This document shows, piece by piece, positions 26,267 through 39,163 of a DNA stretch of 64,000 nt (position 1 is its first letter; the number at the start of each line of letters is the position of its first letter). Below the pieces are notes generated by a model. That model searched no databases and was not told where the DNA came from. It worked only from the letters and a program-made list of their open reading frames with translations. Position numbers and translations under genes: made by a program. The stretch covers positions 89,282,001 through 89,346,000 of the forward strand of contig NC_086097.1 of the NCBI RefSeq assembly GCF_963921235.1, read 5' to 3'. The stretch comes from Mobula hypostoma. Taxonomy: Eukaryota.

Positions 26267-27101
26267 TGGCCTATAGTTACCTGCCTTTTGCCTACATCCT
26301 TTTTTGAGCAGTGATGTGACATTAGCCTTCTTCCAGTCCATTGGGAGAAGTCCAGAGAATTTTGGTAAATTATCACCAAACCCTCTATTATAACCTCTGC
26401 TATTTCTTTCAGTACCCTGAGATACATTCCATAAGGATCAGGGATTTGTCTATCTTTAGGCCCTCAAGTTTGCTCAGCATTATCTTTAATGATAGCTACT
26501 GCATTGAGGTCCTCACCTCTCATCACATTTATATCATCTCTCTTCAGTTTGTTAGATGTGTCCTCCACCATGAAGACTGACACAAAATAGTCATTCAAAG
26601 CCTCGACCATTTCCTCATTACCCAATATCAATGTTCCCTTCTCGTCCTCCAAGGGACTTGCGTTCACTTTCGGCACCCTTTTCCACTTTATATAATTATA
26701 TAAACTTCTACTATACATTCTTATATTTTTTTCCCTTTACAATTCCTAATCTCTACCCAGTGGAATTCAACATTCTGCTTTTTAGATCTTTTATCGTCTC
26801 TCACAATCGCCCTGATCTCATCCTTAATTAAGAATGCTACCCCACCTCCCTTACCTTCTTGCCTATCCTTCAGTATTAACTGATATCCTTGAATATCTAA
26901 TTCCCAATCCTCTCCACCCTGCAACCATTTAATATGGCTGATGTGCCTTATGCCTTTGGGAGTCCAGGTTTTGGACAAGAAGTGACTGCTGGGTTTGCTC
27001 TGAGATTGGAAAGTAGGCCCACATAGTTTCTAATGAACCATAGAACGTAAAAGGTGAAATCCTGCCAGATTTGTGACTTGTAAAAGATGACTCTTTATAG
27101 A

Positions 27102-27181
27102 CAGGATTCCCAACCTTTTTTTATGCCGCGAAGCCCTTCCGTTAACTGAGGGGTCTGTAGACCCCAGGTTGTTGACCGGTG
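27102..27181. mobile_element. hAT/Charlie-like MITE (~80 bp)
   Basis: Ends caggattcccaacc / ggttgttgaccggtg; ctttataga duplicated at 27093-27101 and 27182-27190. Confidence 0.7.
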
Positions 27182-28566
27182 CTTTATAGAGTGAGCATAC
27201 TGTCTGTAAAATCAGCTGTTGTGTTACTTTCAAGAATGGGCATTACACAGCAGTGCCTGCCACATGCTATCAGACTTCTCAAGGTCATGAATTGCAGTAA
27301 ATAAATAGACATACTTTAAAGTGTGCTAGATTTTCCTGCTTTAAAGTTGCATGCATGCAGCAAGACTCCAAGGTGACACTAAGGTAAGTGTATAGAAATT
27401 TGTTCACTAGGTGCTATAGTGTCTCCACTAGACCAGCTGCATGGTTCCAGGTGCTGTAATGTCTGTTGAGAAATTAATTTTTTTTTTCCTAGCGGGTTTG
27501 TCCTCCCAAGCATTTTCTGTGCAATGAACTCCCCCACCCCCAGCCCCTTCCATTGTGAGGTTGAAGGTATTGCAACATTCAAAGCTTGTTTGCAGAGCGA
27601 TTTTAAACAAACAATGTTTGTTCTGTACTCACAGAGCAGCCTGGATTTACGAAGGCTGCTTCCTCTCAAGCTGTGCTTTTTTAATGTTTGATGCTCAACC
27701 TGCATCCTTTGTCATTGGTGAGATGGGAGACCTTATACAGGATCACACCTCAGTCTCACGTGCACCAGGAATGTTCTGTTGAAGTCACCTTCAACTTCAC
27801 GATCAGCTGCTACTGCTTTCTACTGTGTCTCTGTGCAAGTATGTGCATTAATAGGGATGCATTTGGCCTGATGATCAATGATTGGCCATGTCAGTCATTG
27901 TAAAGATCTATTTAAAGGTAAAAACTTCTCAGAGGCAAAAGATTTAGGGCAAAAATGTTAGAGATTAAAACCCTGGCATTGAAGGCACAACTAGTAACAG
28001 TAGAACAATGAAATACCAGTCAGAATAGGAAGGTAGTTTAGATGACTGGCGTGGGTTATGGAGAATTGTGGGGGTGTAGTGGGGGGGGGGTGGGGAAGAG
28101 TCTGCAGAGGAATTTGAAAAAAGTGTTGTTATAAGTGTGAACCAGCGTATGGGATAAGAATGGGGCTAATGTGTGAATGGGGAATGGGAACTGGTATAAA
28201 TTAGGGCCACATTGCATAGACAAGCCCAGTTTTATGGCAATCGAAAAGGGCAGGCATTAGTGTGTTGGACTAGCCTGTGTTATAACAAGGGCATGGACGA
28301 GAGTGTCAGCAGTTGAGGCGGGAGGTCAGGAGCTCTGTCATACAATACATGGCCTTTGACCTCCTCTTGTCGACACAGCATTTACATGCCAGATCAGTTG
28401 AGTTTCAGTTCAGTGATTCTTGTTGATTACGAGTTGCAGTGCTGGTAACATTTTTGAAAGTCAAGAGTGATTGGACTTTCCCTTGGAGATTATCACATGT
28501 GGTGCAATTTATTTGTCCTTGTTCAGGTTGGTGCTGGCTCCCAGAGATGCCTATGAGATGGCTTTT

Positions 28567-29102
28567 CAAGTCAAGTCAAGTCAAGTCACTTTTTTTTGTC
28601 ATTTCGACCATAACTGCTGGTACAGTACACAGTAAAAACGAGACAACGTTTTTCAGGACCATGGTGCTACATGAAACAATACAAAAACTACACTGAACTA
28701 CAAAAAACAACACAAAAACTACACTAGACTACAGACCTACCCAGGACTGCATAAAGTGCACAAAACAGTGCAGGCATTACAATAAATAATAAACAAGACA
28801 ATAGGCACAGTAGAGGGCAGTAGGTTGGTGTCAGTCCAGGCTCTGGGTATTGAGGAGTCTGATGGCTTGGGGGAAGAAACTGTTACATTGTCTGGTCGTG
28901 ACAGCCCAAATACTTCGGTGCCTTTTGCCAGATGGCAGGAGGGAGAAGAGTTTGTATGAGGGGTGCATGGGGTCCTTCATAATGCTGTTTGCTTTACGGA
29001 TGCAGCGTGTGGTGTAAACATCTGTAATAGTGGGACGAGAGACCTCGATGGTGATCTCAGCTGACCTCACTATCCGCTGCAGGGTCTTGCGATCCGAGAT
29101 GG
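28567..29102 (-). mobile_element. Rex1/Babar 3' end with (caagt)n tail
   Basis: RCIRKANSIMKDPMHPSYKLFSLLPSGKR..NSFFPQAIRLLN. Confidence 0.88.
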
Positions 29103-29104
29103 AT

Positions 29105-29570
29105 CTGAGAGCAGCTTTTGGTTGAGCCCATTAGGGGAAAGGCAATTCTGGACTGGGTGTTGTGTAATTAATTAGATTTGATTCGGGAGCTTAAGGTAAA
29201 GGAACCATCGGGAGACAGTAATCATAATATGATAGAATTCACCCTGCAGTTTGAAAGGGAGAAGCTAAAGTCAGATGTATCGGTATTACAGTGGTGTAAG
29301 TGGTATAAAAGAGGCATGAGTGGGGAGCTGGCCAGAGTTGAGAGGATGGGGACCCAAGCAGGGATGAGCACAGAACAACAATGACTGGAGTTTCTATGGC
29401 AACTCAGAATGCACAGGATAGATACATCACGAGGATGAAGAAGTATTCTAAAATACTGCAAAATTTTAAAAGCGTATTCAGAATGGCTGCCAGTGACAAG
29501 TGGTGTTCCATTGGGTTGTAACTGTTTCTTTTCACATTATATCTTAACAATTTGGATGACAGGATAATAA
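29105..29570 (+). mobile_element. CR1 ORF2 fragments, degraded
   Basis: VKEPSGDSNHNMIEFTLQFE (post-endonuclease SDH region). Confidence 0.75.
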
Positions 29571-29769
29571 CCAGAGTAGAATTACTGAAAGACTGCACCA
29601 ACTGGGCATTCAATGAGTGTGCAAAAGACAATAAACTGCAAATACAAAAAGAAAGAAATAATACGAAGAAATAAATAAGCAATAAATATCAAGAACATGA
29701 CATGAAGAGTCCTTGCAAGTGAGTTCATAGGTTGTGCTTCAGTGATGGGGCAAGTGAGGTTGAGGCACT

Positions 29770-31945
29770 ACCAGCTCCCTGCCCCCTCTCTGAGGCAGAG
29801 CATTCTGCCCTCTGTAAGGGCCTCACTTTTGTCTCCCTGCGCCCATACCTCAGTGAGTTCTGCGCCTGCGATGATGCTGAGTTCTTCTTCTGTTGCCTCC
29901 GTCTCCGAGCCTACTTCTTTTGCAAGGACTTTCCAACCCGCATCGATGATCCTTTCTCCCGTCTTCAACCCTCTTCCTCTTCCTGGACAACCTGCCCTGG
30001 TCTTCTGCCTGCTATGGACCTTTTCATTGCCAACTGCCGATGGGACCTTAGCAGTCTAGACTTCAACACTCCTCTCTCCAATTCCACCTTGCTCCTTCCA
30101 AGCGCTCGGCTCTCCACGCCCTCCGCACTAATCCTAACCTCACCATCAAACCCGCAGATAAGTGAGGTGCTGTAGTAGTTTGTCAGACTCACCTCTACCT
30201 TGCTGAGGCCCAGCGGCAACTCTCAGACACGTTCTCTTACTTGCCCCTCGAACAGGACCCACTGAGGAACACCAGGCCATTATCTCCCACACCATCACCA
30301 AACTTACTGACTCTGGGGATCTCCCATCCACTGCCACCAACCTCATAGTTCCCGCACCCCACCCCTCCTGTTTCTACCTCCTACCCAAGATCCACAAACT
30401 TGTTTGTCCCTGTAGACCCACTGTTTCAGCTTGTTCCTGCCCCACTGAACTCATATCAGCATACCTTGACTCTGTTTTATCCCCCCAACTTCAGTCCCTT
30501 CTTACCAACATCCGTGACACTTCACACACTCTTGATTTTTTCAATGATTTCAGGTTTCCTGGCCCCCATCATCTTATTTTAACTATAGATGTCCAGTCCC
30601 TATACACCTCCATCCCCCACCAGGAAGGCCTCAAGGCTCTGTGTTTTTTTCTGGACAGCAGACCCATCCAGTTCCCCTCTGCTACCACTCTCCTCCACCC
30701 AGCGGAACTTGTTCTCACTCTCAGTAATTTCTCCTCCCACCTCCTTCAAACAAAAGAGGTAGCCATGGGCACTCGCATGGTCCCAGCTGTGCCATCCTGT
30801 TTGTCAGCTACGTGGAACAGTCTGTGTTCCAAGCCTACACCGGTGACCATCCCGTACTTTTCCTACGCTACATCAACAACTGCATTAGTGCTGCTTCCTG
30901 CACCCATGCTGAATTTGTCAACTTCATCAACTTTGCCTCCAACTTCCACCCTGCCCTCAAATTCACCTGGTCCATTTCTGACACCTCCCTCCCCTTTCTC
31001 AATCTCCCTGTCTCTATCTCCAGATGCAGCTTATCCACCAATGTCTATTACAAACCCATGGACTCTCTCAGCTACCTGGACTACACCTCCTCCCACCCTG
31101 TTACTTGTAAAAATGCCATCCCCCCAGGGCCGGCTGGTAGCGCCATGATATCAGCGCTGGACCCAGGAGCGGAGGTTCCCGGGTTCGAAACCAGTTGGGT
31201 CGGCTTCTGAGTACGCTTTCCATCCGTGCCGGGTTGAGTGTCAAGATTGCAACTCGACCTTGTAAAATAAAAAAGGGAAAAATACTGCGAAAATATCTGC
31301 GTGAGGAGTGGCACACCACACAGTCTCTCTCTCGCTCTGCACCTTGTAAAAGCCATGAAAAAGACATCATCACAGACGCACGCACACGCGCAGATGTGCA
31401 CGCATGCACGCAGGCACATGCCAAAAGAAAAATGCCATCCCTTCTCTCAATTTCTCCATCTCAGTCGCATCTGCTCGCAGGATGAGACTTTTTATTCTGG
31501 AATATTTTCATCCTTTTTCAAAGAAAGGGGCTTCGCTTCCTCCACCATCAACACTGCTCTCAACTACATTTATTCTATGTCATGCACGTCAGCTCTTACC
31601 CCATCCTCCCTGCCACCCTACCAGGGATAAGGTTCCTCTTGTCCTCACCTACCACCCCACCAGCCTTCGTGTCCAGCACACTCTGCAGCTTCTGCCACCT
31701 CCAATGGGATCCCACCACCAAGCACGTCTTTCCCTCACCCCCACTTTCTGCTTTCCACAGGGATCGCTCCCTATGCGACTCCCTTGTCCATTCGTTCCTC
31801 CCCACTGATCTCCCTCCTGGCACTTATCCTTGCAAGCAGAACAACTGCTACACCTGCCCCTACACCTTCTCCCTCACTACCATTCAGGGCCCTAAACAGT
31901 CCTTCCAGTGAGGCGACACTTCACTTGTGAGTCTTTTGGGGTCAT
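29770..31945 (+). mobile_element. Penelope-like element, frameshifted RT to start of GIY-YIG region
   Basis: LSEAEHSALCKGLTFV; MGTRM; FLRYINN (degenerate YIDD); FHPALKFT; YLDYTSSHP; PGTYPC..CYTCPY. Confidence 0.9.
31123..31427 (+). mobile_element. tRNA-derived SINE with 14-bp TSD inside the Penelope element
   Basis: B box ggttcgaaacc; TSD aaaaatgccatccc at 31109-31122 and 31428-31441. Confidence 0.88.
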
Positions 31946-31947
31946 AT

Positions 31948-32250
31948 GTTTCCTATAGTGGATGACTGTAGGACTAGAAGACACAGCCTCAGAATGGAAA
32001 GACGTCCATGTAGAACAGAGCTGAGAAGGAATTTCTGTGACCAAAGGGCGATGAATCTGTGGAGGCCAAATTGTTGAGTATATTTAAAGCAGAGGTTAGT
32101 AGGTTCTTGATTTGTCATGGCGTCAAAGGTTACAGGGAGAAGGTAGAAGAATGGGGTTCAGAGGGATAGTAAATCAGCCATGATGGAATGGTGGAGCAGA
32201 CTGGATGGGCCGAGTGGCCTGATTCTGCTCCTATATCATATGGTCTTGTC
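31948..32250 (+). mobile_element. CR1 3' end
   Basis: gactagaagacacagcctcagaat...ctgctcctatatcatatggtctt tail. Confidence 0.8.
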
Positions 32251-32469
32251 ATGCTGCCGGCAGGCAGGGCCTCCTTCACGTGCTAAAGAGTTGGTTAGCA
32301 TTATAGAGAATAAAATGGTGTTCATTATGGCAGCAAGGATGTCATCTCAAGCTCACCTCAGTATCATGAGCTTTGATTTCACATGGATGTCGAGGTAAAT
32401 GATGGAAACAGAGGATAGGAATAACATTTACAGTGGAAACCAAAGGTGAGCATTTTTGTATTCCCAGGC

Positions 32470-33550
32470 AAATTCAAAGTCAAGATCGAGTCTATTATCA
32501 TCTGCACAAGTACATATATGCACAGGTGTAATGAAAAACGTACTTGCATCAATAGCACCGTCACAGGGACAAAGCAGCAGGTACACAACATTTGCAAGAA
32601 AAACATAAATTTAATTGTACAAAATTATACAAACATTGTCCGTTGAGTGTTTTTGTACAATGTGTTCATATGTTCATAGTGTTACTCAGCCCCGGTAAGG
32701 ATTAGGTTTGTGCAGGTTGGTTCAAGAAGTGATTGATTGAAGGGAAATAACTGTTCTTGAACATGATGGTGTGGGACTTCAGACTTCTGTACCTCCAGTC
32801 CAGTGGTCCAGTGAGAAGGTGGCATTGCCTGGATGGTTTGATGAAGGATGTTGCATACCTAAGGTAGTAACACTGCTGATGGTGGGGAAGGATGTGCCCA
32901 TGATAGACTGGCTCCGCTACTCTCTGCAGCTTTCTGAATTCCTACGTGTTCGAATTGCCATACCAGATCTTGATGCAACCTGTCAGGATAGTTTCAACCA
33001 TGCATTTGTAGAAGATTGTTAGAGCAGTCAGTGACATGCCAAACTTCCTTCACCTTCTCAGAAAATAAAGAGCTGTAGGAAGAGGAGCAAGCTGCTAAGG
33101 GTGCACCCTTGAAGTTCATCTCTGATGATGGTCAGAGAGGAGGAGATCTTTTTACCAATCCTCATAATTGAGGCCTGCTGGTAAGGAAGTTGAGGATCTA
33201 GTTCCAGAGAGAGGTACAGATACCCATGTCTTGAAGCCTGGTGAGGAGTTAGAATGGGATGATTGCATTGAACACAGAGTGTAATCGATAAACAGCAGCC
33301 TGACATATGTACCCCTGTTGTCCGTATGGTCCAGAGCAGATTGAAGAGCCTGAGAAACCGCATGTACTATTGGCCTGTTGTAGCGGTATGAAAATCGGAG
33401 CAGATCTGAGGCAAATGTTTATTTCTGCCCAGACCAACCTCTCAAAGCACTTCATTGTATTTGAATTAAGAACTATCAGACTGTAATCACTGAGTCAGTC
33501 ACCACACTCTCCTTGGGTACTGGTTCAATAGCGGGTGGGAGCTTCAGAAG
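32470..33550 (-). mobile_element. Rex1/Babar remnant with deletions
   Basis: Minus [15 protein letters not shown]; ttcaaagtcaag tail. Confidence 0.75.
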
Positions 33551-34030
33551 TGGGCGGTTGAGTGTCGAGAGTTTGGAAGAGGTACTTGATATTGGATAAC
33601 CACTTTGACAATTTAGAAAGCTGTGGACGGCACAGCTAACTGACGGTCCCTGCCTGGTGTTGTTTCATCTTGTTAGTCAGGGCTGTGCAGTGGTCAGTTG
33701 TAGCACTCCCCTATGTCTCATGCAAAGTCTGTCAGCAGCCAGTAGTCAGCTTTGGAACCCGACGCCTCCTCGTCAAAATGGCTGGATGTGATATTCACCA
33801 AGTCACTGGAGAGCTCAGGGGTCAGTCCTTGATTCATCACAAGTCTTGTTTTAGAAATTACTCCAAGATATTTTTTGGGATGTAATTGAACAGTGTTTTT
33901 GGTTCAAAGTTCAAAGTGAATTTATTATCAAAGTTCTATATGTCACCATGTACAATTCTGAGAGGTGTTTTCTTGTGGGCGTACTCAGTAAATCCAATAA
34001 CTATAATAGAATCACTGAAAGACTGCACAC

Positions 34031-35690
34031 TACAAGGTGAGATGGAGGAACTGAGGGAAATACATGTTAGTAGGGAAGTGGTGTTAGGTAAATTGAAGGG
34101 ATTAAAGGCAGATAAATCCCCAGGGCCAGATGGTCTGCATCCCAGAGTGCTTAAGTAAGTAGCCCAAGAAATAGTGGATGCATTAGTGATAATTTTTCAA
34201 AACTCTTTAGATTCTGGACTAGTTCCTGAGGATTGGAGGGTGGTTAATGTAACCCTGCTTTTTAAAAAAGGAGGGAGAGAGAAACTGGGGAATTATAGAC
34301 CGGTTAGCCTAACATCGGTGGTGGGGAAAATGCTAGAGTCAGTTATCAAAGATGTGATAACAGCACATTTGGAAAACGGTGAAATCATCGGACAAAGTCA
34401 GCATGGATTTGTGAAAGGAAAATCATGTCTGACGAATCTCAGAATTTTTTGAGGATGTAACTAGTAGAGTGGATAGGGGAGAACCAGTGGATGTGGTATA
34501 TTTGGATTTTCAAAAAGCTTTTGACAGGGTCCCACACAGGAGATTAGTGTGCAAACTTAAAGCACATGGTATTGGGGGTATGGTATTGATGTGGATAGAG
34601 AATTGGTTGGCAGACAGAAAGCAAAGGGAATAAATGGGACCTTTTCAGAATGGCAGGCAGTGACTAGTGGGGTACCGCAAGGCTCAGTGCTGGGACCCCA
34701 GTTGTGTACAATACATATTAATGATTTAGAAGAGGGAATTAAATGCAGCATCTCCAAGTTTGCGGATGACACGAAGCTGGGCGGCAGTGTTAGCTGTGAG
34801 GAGGATGCTAAGAGGATGCAGGGTGACTTGGATAGGTTAGGTGAGTGGGCAAATTCATGGCAGATGCAACTTAATGTGGATAAATGTGAGGTTATCCACT
34901 TTGGTGGCAAAAACGGGAAAACAGATTATTATCTGAATGGTGGCCAATTAGGAAAAGGGGAGGTGCAACGAGACCTGGGTGTCATTATACACCAGTCATT
35001 GAAAGTGGGCATGCAGGTACAGCAGGTGGTGAAAAAGGCGAATGGTATGCTGGCATTTATAGCAAGAGGATTCAAGTACAGGAGCAGGGAGGTACTACTG
35101 CAGTTGTACAAGGCCTTGGTGAGACCACACCTGGAGTATTGTGTGCAGTTTTGGTCCCCTAATCTGAGGAAAGACATTCTTGCCATAGAGGGAGTACAAA
35201 GAAGGTTCACCAGATTGATTCCTGGGATGGCAGGACTTTCATATGATGAAAGACTGGATCGACTAGGCTTATACTCTCCGGAATTTAGAAGATTGAGGGG
35301 GGATCTTATTGAAATGTATAAAATCCTAAAGGGATTGGACAGGCTAGATGCAGGAAGATTGTTCCCAATGTTGGGGAAGTCCAGAACGAGGGGTCACAGT
35401 TTGAGGATAAAGGGGAAGCCTTTTAGGACCGAGATGAGGAAAAAGTTCTTCACACAGAGAGTGGTGAATCTGTGGAATTCTCTGCCACAGGAAACAGTTA
35501 AGGCCAGTTCATTGGCTATATTTAAGAGGGAGTTAGATATGGCCCTTGTGGCTAAAGGGGTCAGGGGGTATGGAGAGAAGGTAGGTACAGGGTTCTGAGT
35601 TGGATGATCAGCCATGATCATACTGAATGGTGGTGCAGGCTCGAAGGGCCAAATGGCCTACTCCTGCACCTATTTTCTGTGTTTCTGTGT
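34031..35690 (+). mobile_element. Young CR1 LINE, 5'-truncated, near-intact RT (one stop, two frameshifts), inserted in a Rex 3' UTR
   Basis: KSPGPDGLHPRVLK*; DWRVVNV..NYRPVSLTS; SQHGFVKGKSCLTNL; SGVPQGSVLGP..KFADDTK in a 335-aa ORF; ctattttctgtgtttct tail. Confidence 0.96.
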
Positions 35691-36034
35691 GAGACAACAA
35701 ACTGCAAATACAGAAGAAAAAGTAATGATAATAAATAAGCAATTAATATCGGGAACATGAGATGAAGAGTCCTTGAAAGTGAGTCCATAGATTGTAGAAA
35801 CAGTTTGGTGATGGGCCAAGTGCCCTATAGTATTGTTTTTATAAGTTGTATAAAAAGCACACATTTCAACTGCGGTTCACAGAATAGTACCTTTGGATCT
35901 TCTCTACTTAAGATGTTGCATTCAGTTTGATGTCTCCTACTGCCATTCTGCAGAGACCCAAGTGTTGAATCAGGAATTTACCGGGCCAGCACAGTAACTC
36001 TGTCTAATTTACTTGCCACTATCCCACAACACTG

Positions 36035-36350
36035 CCTGGTGTGGAGGCTCCAATGCACAGGAACAAAAGAGTCTCCTGAGGGTTGGAGACTCAGCAAGCT
36101 CCATCACACGTACTGGCTTCCCCATCATCTTCAAAAGGCAGGGCCTCAAGAAGGTGGTGTCTCACCAAGGACCCTGACCATCCAGGGCAAGCCCTTTTCC
36201 CAAGATCCACACTCAACATTTTCAGAACTGCTTTTTCCCCTCTACCATCAGATCTCTGAATGCTCCATGAACACTACCTCACTGTTCCTGCTGCCACTAA
36301 ACAAATTTCAGCTGAGTCATGTCCGTGATAATAAAACTGATTTTGACTCT
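36035..36350 (+). mobile_element. Rex1/Babar 3' remnant
   Basis: Degenerate 3' coding end and gataataaaactgattttgact tail. Confidence 0.6.
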
Positions 36351-36829
36351 TACTCCCCAACCTCAATCAACCTTCCCCAATAAACTCTCTAAGCACAGAA
36401 ATTGCCCTTTACCTTAATGGGGGCTGGAAAGGATTGTGTGATTATCCAGGCAGAGAACATCTTCAGCAGACTTTGCACTCCAGAACGTGAGATGGGCGAT
36501 TAGTGATCAGGTCACATTCCCTCACAATGTCATCTGCCAGGACTGGTGGACACCTCCCTCTGCTTTCCTTGATACTGTAAACAGGAGGAGTAGGAATGTT
36601 TCTGCCAGTACAATACGGGATGGACGGGGAACAGTGAGTCTCAAGGAACCCAAATATCTCGTCGCCATAGTGATTGAGGAGGAGACAGCTCAAGTTCATA
36701 GACGTGCAGACCAAGTGTTGCTGGGAAAGAAATTCCATTGGTCCGTGTATTGTTACTATGTCAAGGAGGTTTATCAGGACAGTTAACCCTTTCCTTTCCA
36801 AGATGAGTTCCTCCTTTTCTTGTATTTAG

Positions 36830-36986
36830 TGCAAAACAAGATCAGAGGGTGGTGGTTTCTAGGGCAGAAGCACAACGACTAAAGCCGCTCTTCCACCCCT
36901 TCATGGTGCTGGCACCTTTAGCTGTCGATGGGCCATTTAAATGGGGACTCAGCCCCCGGACAAACCCAAGCTTACAGCGGTTGTAG
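36830..36986 (+). other. Candidate exon (157 nt) with ATG at 36941 giving MGTQPPDKPKLTAVV plus phase 1
   Basis: Acceptor ctccttttcttgtatttag ending at 36829; donor TAG|GTGAGT at 36987. Confidence 0.4.
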
Positions 36987-37867
36987 GTGAGTGTCGTGAA
37001 GCCTCAGTGTGAAGGCCGTACAGTGCATGGTGATTTTATTTGTAGTTGCGAGTAACAGCATTCACCTTTAACACAGTTGCAACTGCTGTGTACCAAACCT
37101 CTTCATGCTGTCTGGCAGGCTCCAGAAATCTGAGGGCCACACTTGCACGTGTTACTCAGAGATAGTAAACTGCTGCTTTTGTGTTAACGGCAGTAAGTTC
37201 CCTCTATTTCTTTTGACCCTTGCCCTCAGCATTATTTATTTGCATAATCATTTTACTCTGCTTTAAATCTTCAGTGGGCTTTAAACATGTTAGTCACAAC
37301 TTCTAAGCCACATACGTAGGTGAGGCCTTCAGGGTGCTGATCCAGTGAAGAATATTCGCTCAGCTGGCAATCCCTAGTGCTAGTGACGTACGTAAAGGGG
37401 AAGTGCAGCTTGTGGGGGTAGGGAGGTGACTGACCCCGAGTATCCTGCGGCTCAGTAAGGAGCTGGCACGGAGTCATCCATCAAGTGATAAGTACCCAAA
37501 CTGTAGTTCAACAATGTATGATGGTTTAGAAACTTTATTTTGGGGCAAATAACCGGGAAATGAGGCTAATTGTGGTTGGTGGAGTGAGAAGAGAAGAAAT
37601 ATTGGGTTGATTTCAATCCCACCTCTCGTCTCCTTGATGACTACAGCTGTGAGAAGTGTATCCGACTACAGCTCCTTACACACCATGATAATTAACTGGA
37701 TTACCTGTGGATAATTTAGGAGACTAAGGGGTTGATTGGCAGGAGTTACATGGAGGCAGTAATAGCTAAGTTGCAGACGTAGGTAACTAGGTGACTGTCA
37801 AGAGGAGTAATATGAACAGGCATACAGTGCAAGGTTCCCCTGTGGCAATTCCCCTCCACAGCAAATA

Positions 37868-38578
37868 TAGTGGATTCCTGTTGATTGGGACACATTGGGA
37901 CCAGTCCATTTTGGCCCAATTAAGTGGCTGCTCCAATTAGTCGATGATTCTTGGAAATAGTTAAAATAGTATAAAAAAGACAAGCTACTGTTTAACTGAT
38001 TAACAAATTATGTATGTTAATGAAATACAGAACAAATGAAAACACTATAAAACTTTATTAGTTCCTGATAATTATTGACAGAGGAATTCATACAGTATTG
38101 CTGCTGCATTCTTTTGATTGACTGTAAGTGAACAAAATCAGTGCAGGCACCTCCTGTAGATAATGGACTGGCTTCATAAAATGCTATCAAGAATTGCATC
38201 CTTCAAAGCTTCATTTTCATAATAACATTCACGATGATTGTTGATACCTTCAAATCCTTCGTAGTTCCTCACTTGTTGTAGGAAAGTCATTTCATTTTCA
38301 CTCCCGGTTGTTTCTGGCATCTCCAAGCCTCTATACTTGAAACCACCATGAACAGAACAGTTCTGAATTATCTTACTGCTTAGTTCTCGTTTACTTTCAG
38401 TGACAAAAGTCATTCCTTTTGAACATAAGCATATGCACAGTGTCATGTCTAATGGCCCAAATTAAATAGCATAGTGTCCCAAATAAACAAAAGGTATTCC
38501 AGGTATTTTTTCAATTAGATTTTGTTCTTTAGGAATTATCCCAAATAAGAGGCTCCCCCAATTAACTGGAATCCACTG
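37868..38578. mobile_element. Non-autonomous Tc1/mariner (Tigger/pogo-like) element
   Basis: TIRs tagtggattcctgttgattggg / cccaattaactggaatccactg; TA on both sides. Confidence 0.82.
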
Positions 38579-39163
38579 TATATCATTTCATATATTAGTG
38601 GGGTCAACTTACTGGGGGAAAGCCACAGTGTTCAGGTCTTCGGCACCGAGTCTTCGTCTGTGGCTCAGAAGTGAAGGGCAGAGAAAAGGCAAGCAGTTGT
38701 GACAGGGGATTCAGTCGTTAGAGAAGCAGATAGGAAGTTCTATGGACGAGAATGAGATTCTCAGATGATATGTTGCCTCCCATGTATCAGGGTCAAAGAC
38801 ATCTTGAATCGAGTCCATAGTATTCTTAAGGTGGAGGAGGAGCAGCCAGGTGTCATGGTTCACATCGGTACCAATGACTTAGGAAGATGAGCAGCTGCAA
38901 AATGAGTTCAAGGAGATAGGTGCTAGGTTAAAAGACAAGCCCTCATGGTGGTGATCTCTGGATTGCTACCCATGTCACAAAAAGTTGGGCAAGAAAAAGG
39001 GAAATACTGCACTGGGATACAGGAAGGAGAACTTCAAATTTTTGGATCATTGGGCTCTCTTCCAAGGCAGGTGGGACCTGTACAAATGGGACAGTTTGCA
39101 CGTGAACTGGAGAGGGACCAGTATCCTTGTGGGGAAATTTGCTAGTGCTGTCTGGGAACTTTA

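Larger units (their letters stand above)
24639..26935 (-). mobile_element. CR1 LINE, internally deleted (APE endonuclease fragment joined to RT and 3' UTR)
   Basis: DWELDIQGYQ..GKGGGVAFLIK (endonuclease); DWKKANVT; SGVPQGLVLGP..KFADD; aagaacat-type tail. Confidence 0.93.

Noticed and set aside
31123..31200. tRNA gene
   Set aside because: SINE head with a B box but no complete cloverleaf; it continues into SINE body and TSD.
34591..35598. 335-aa ORF as a host gene or active RT
   Set aside because: Part of a 5'-truncated CR1 with an upstream stop and frameshifts.
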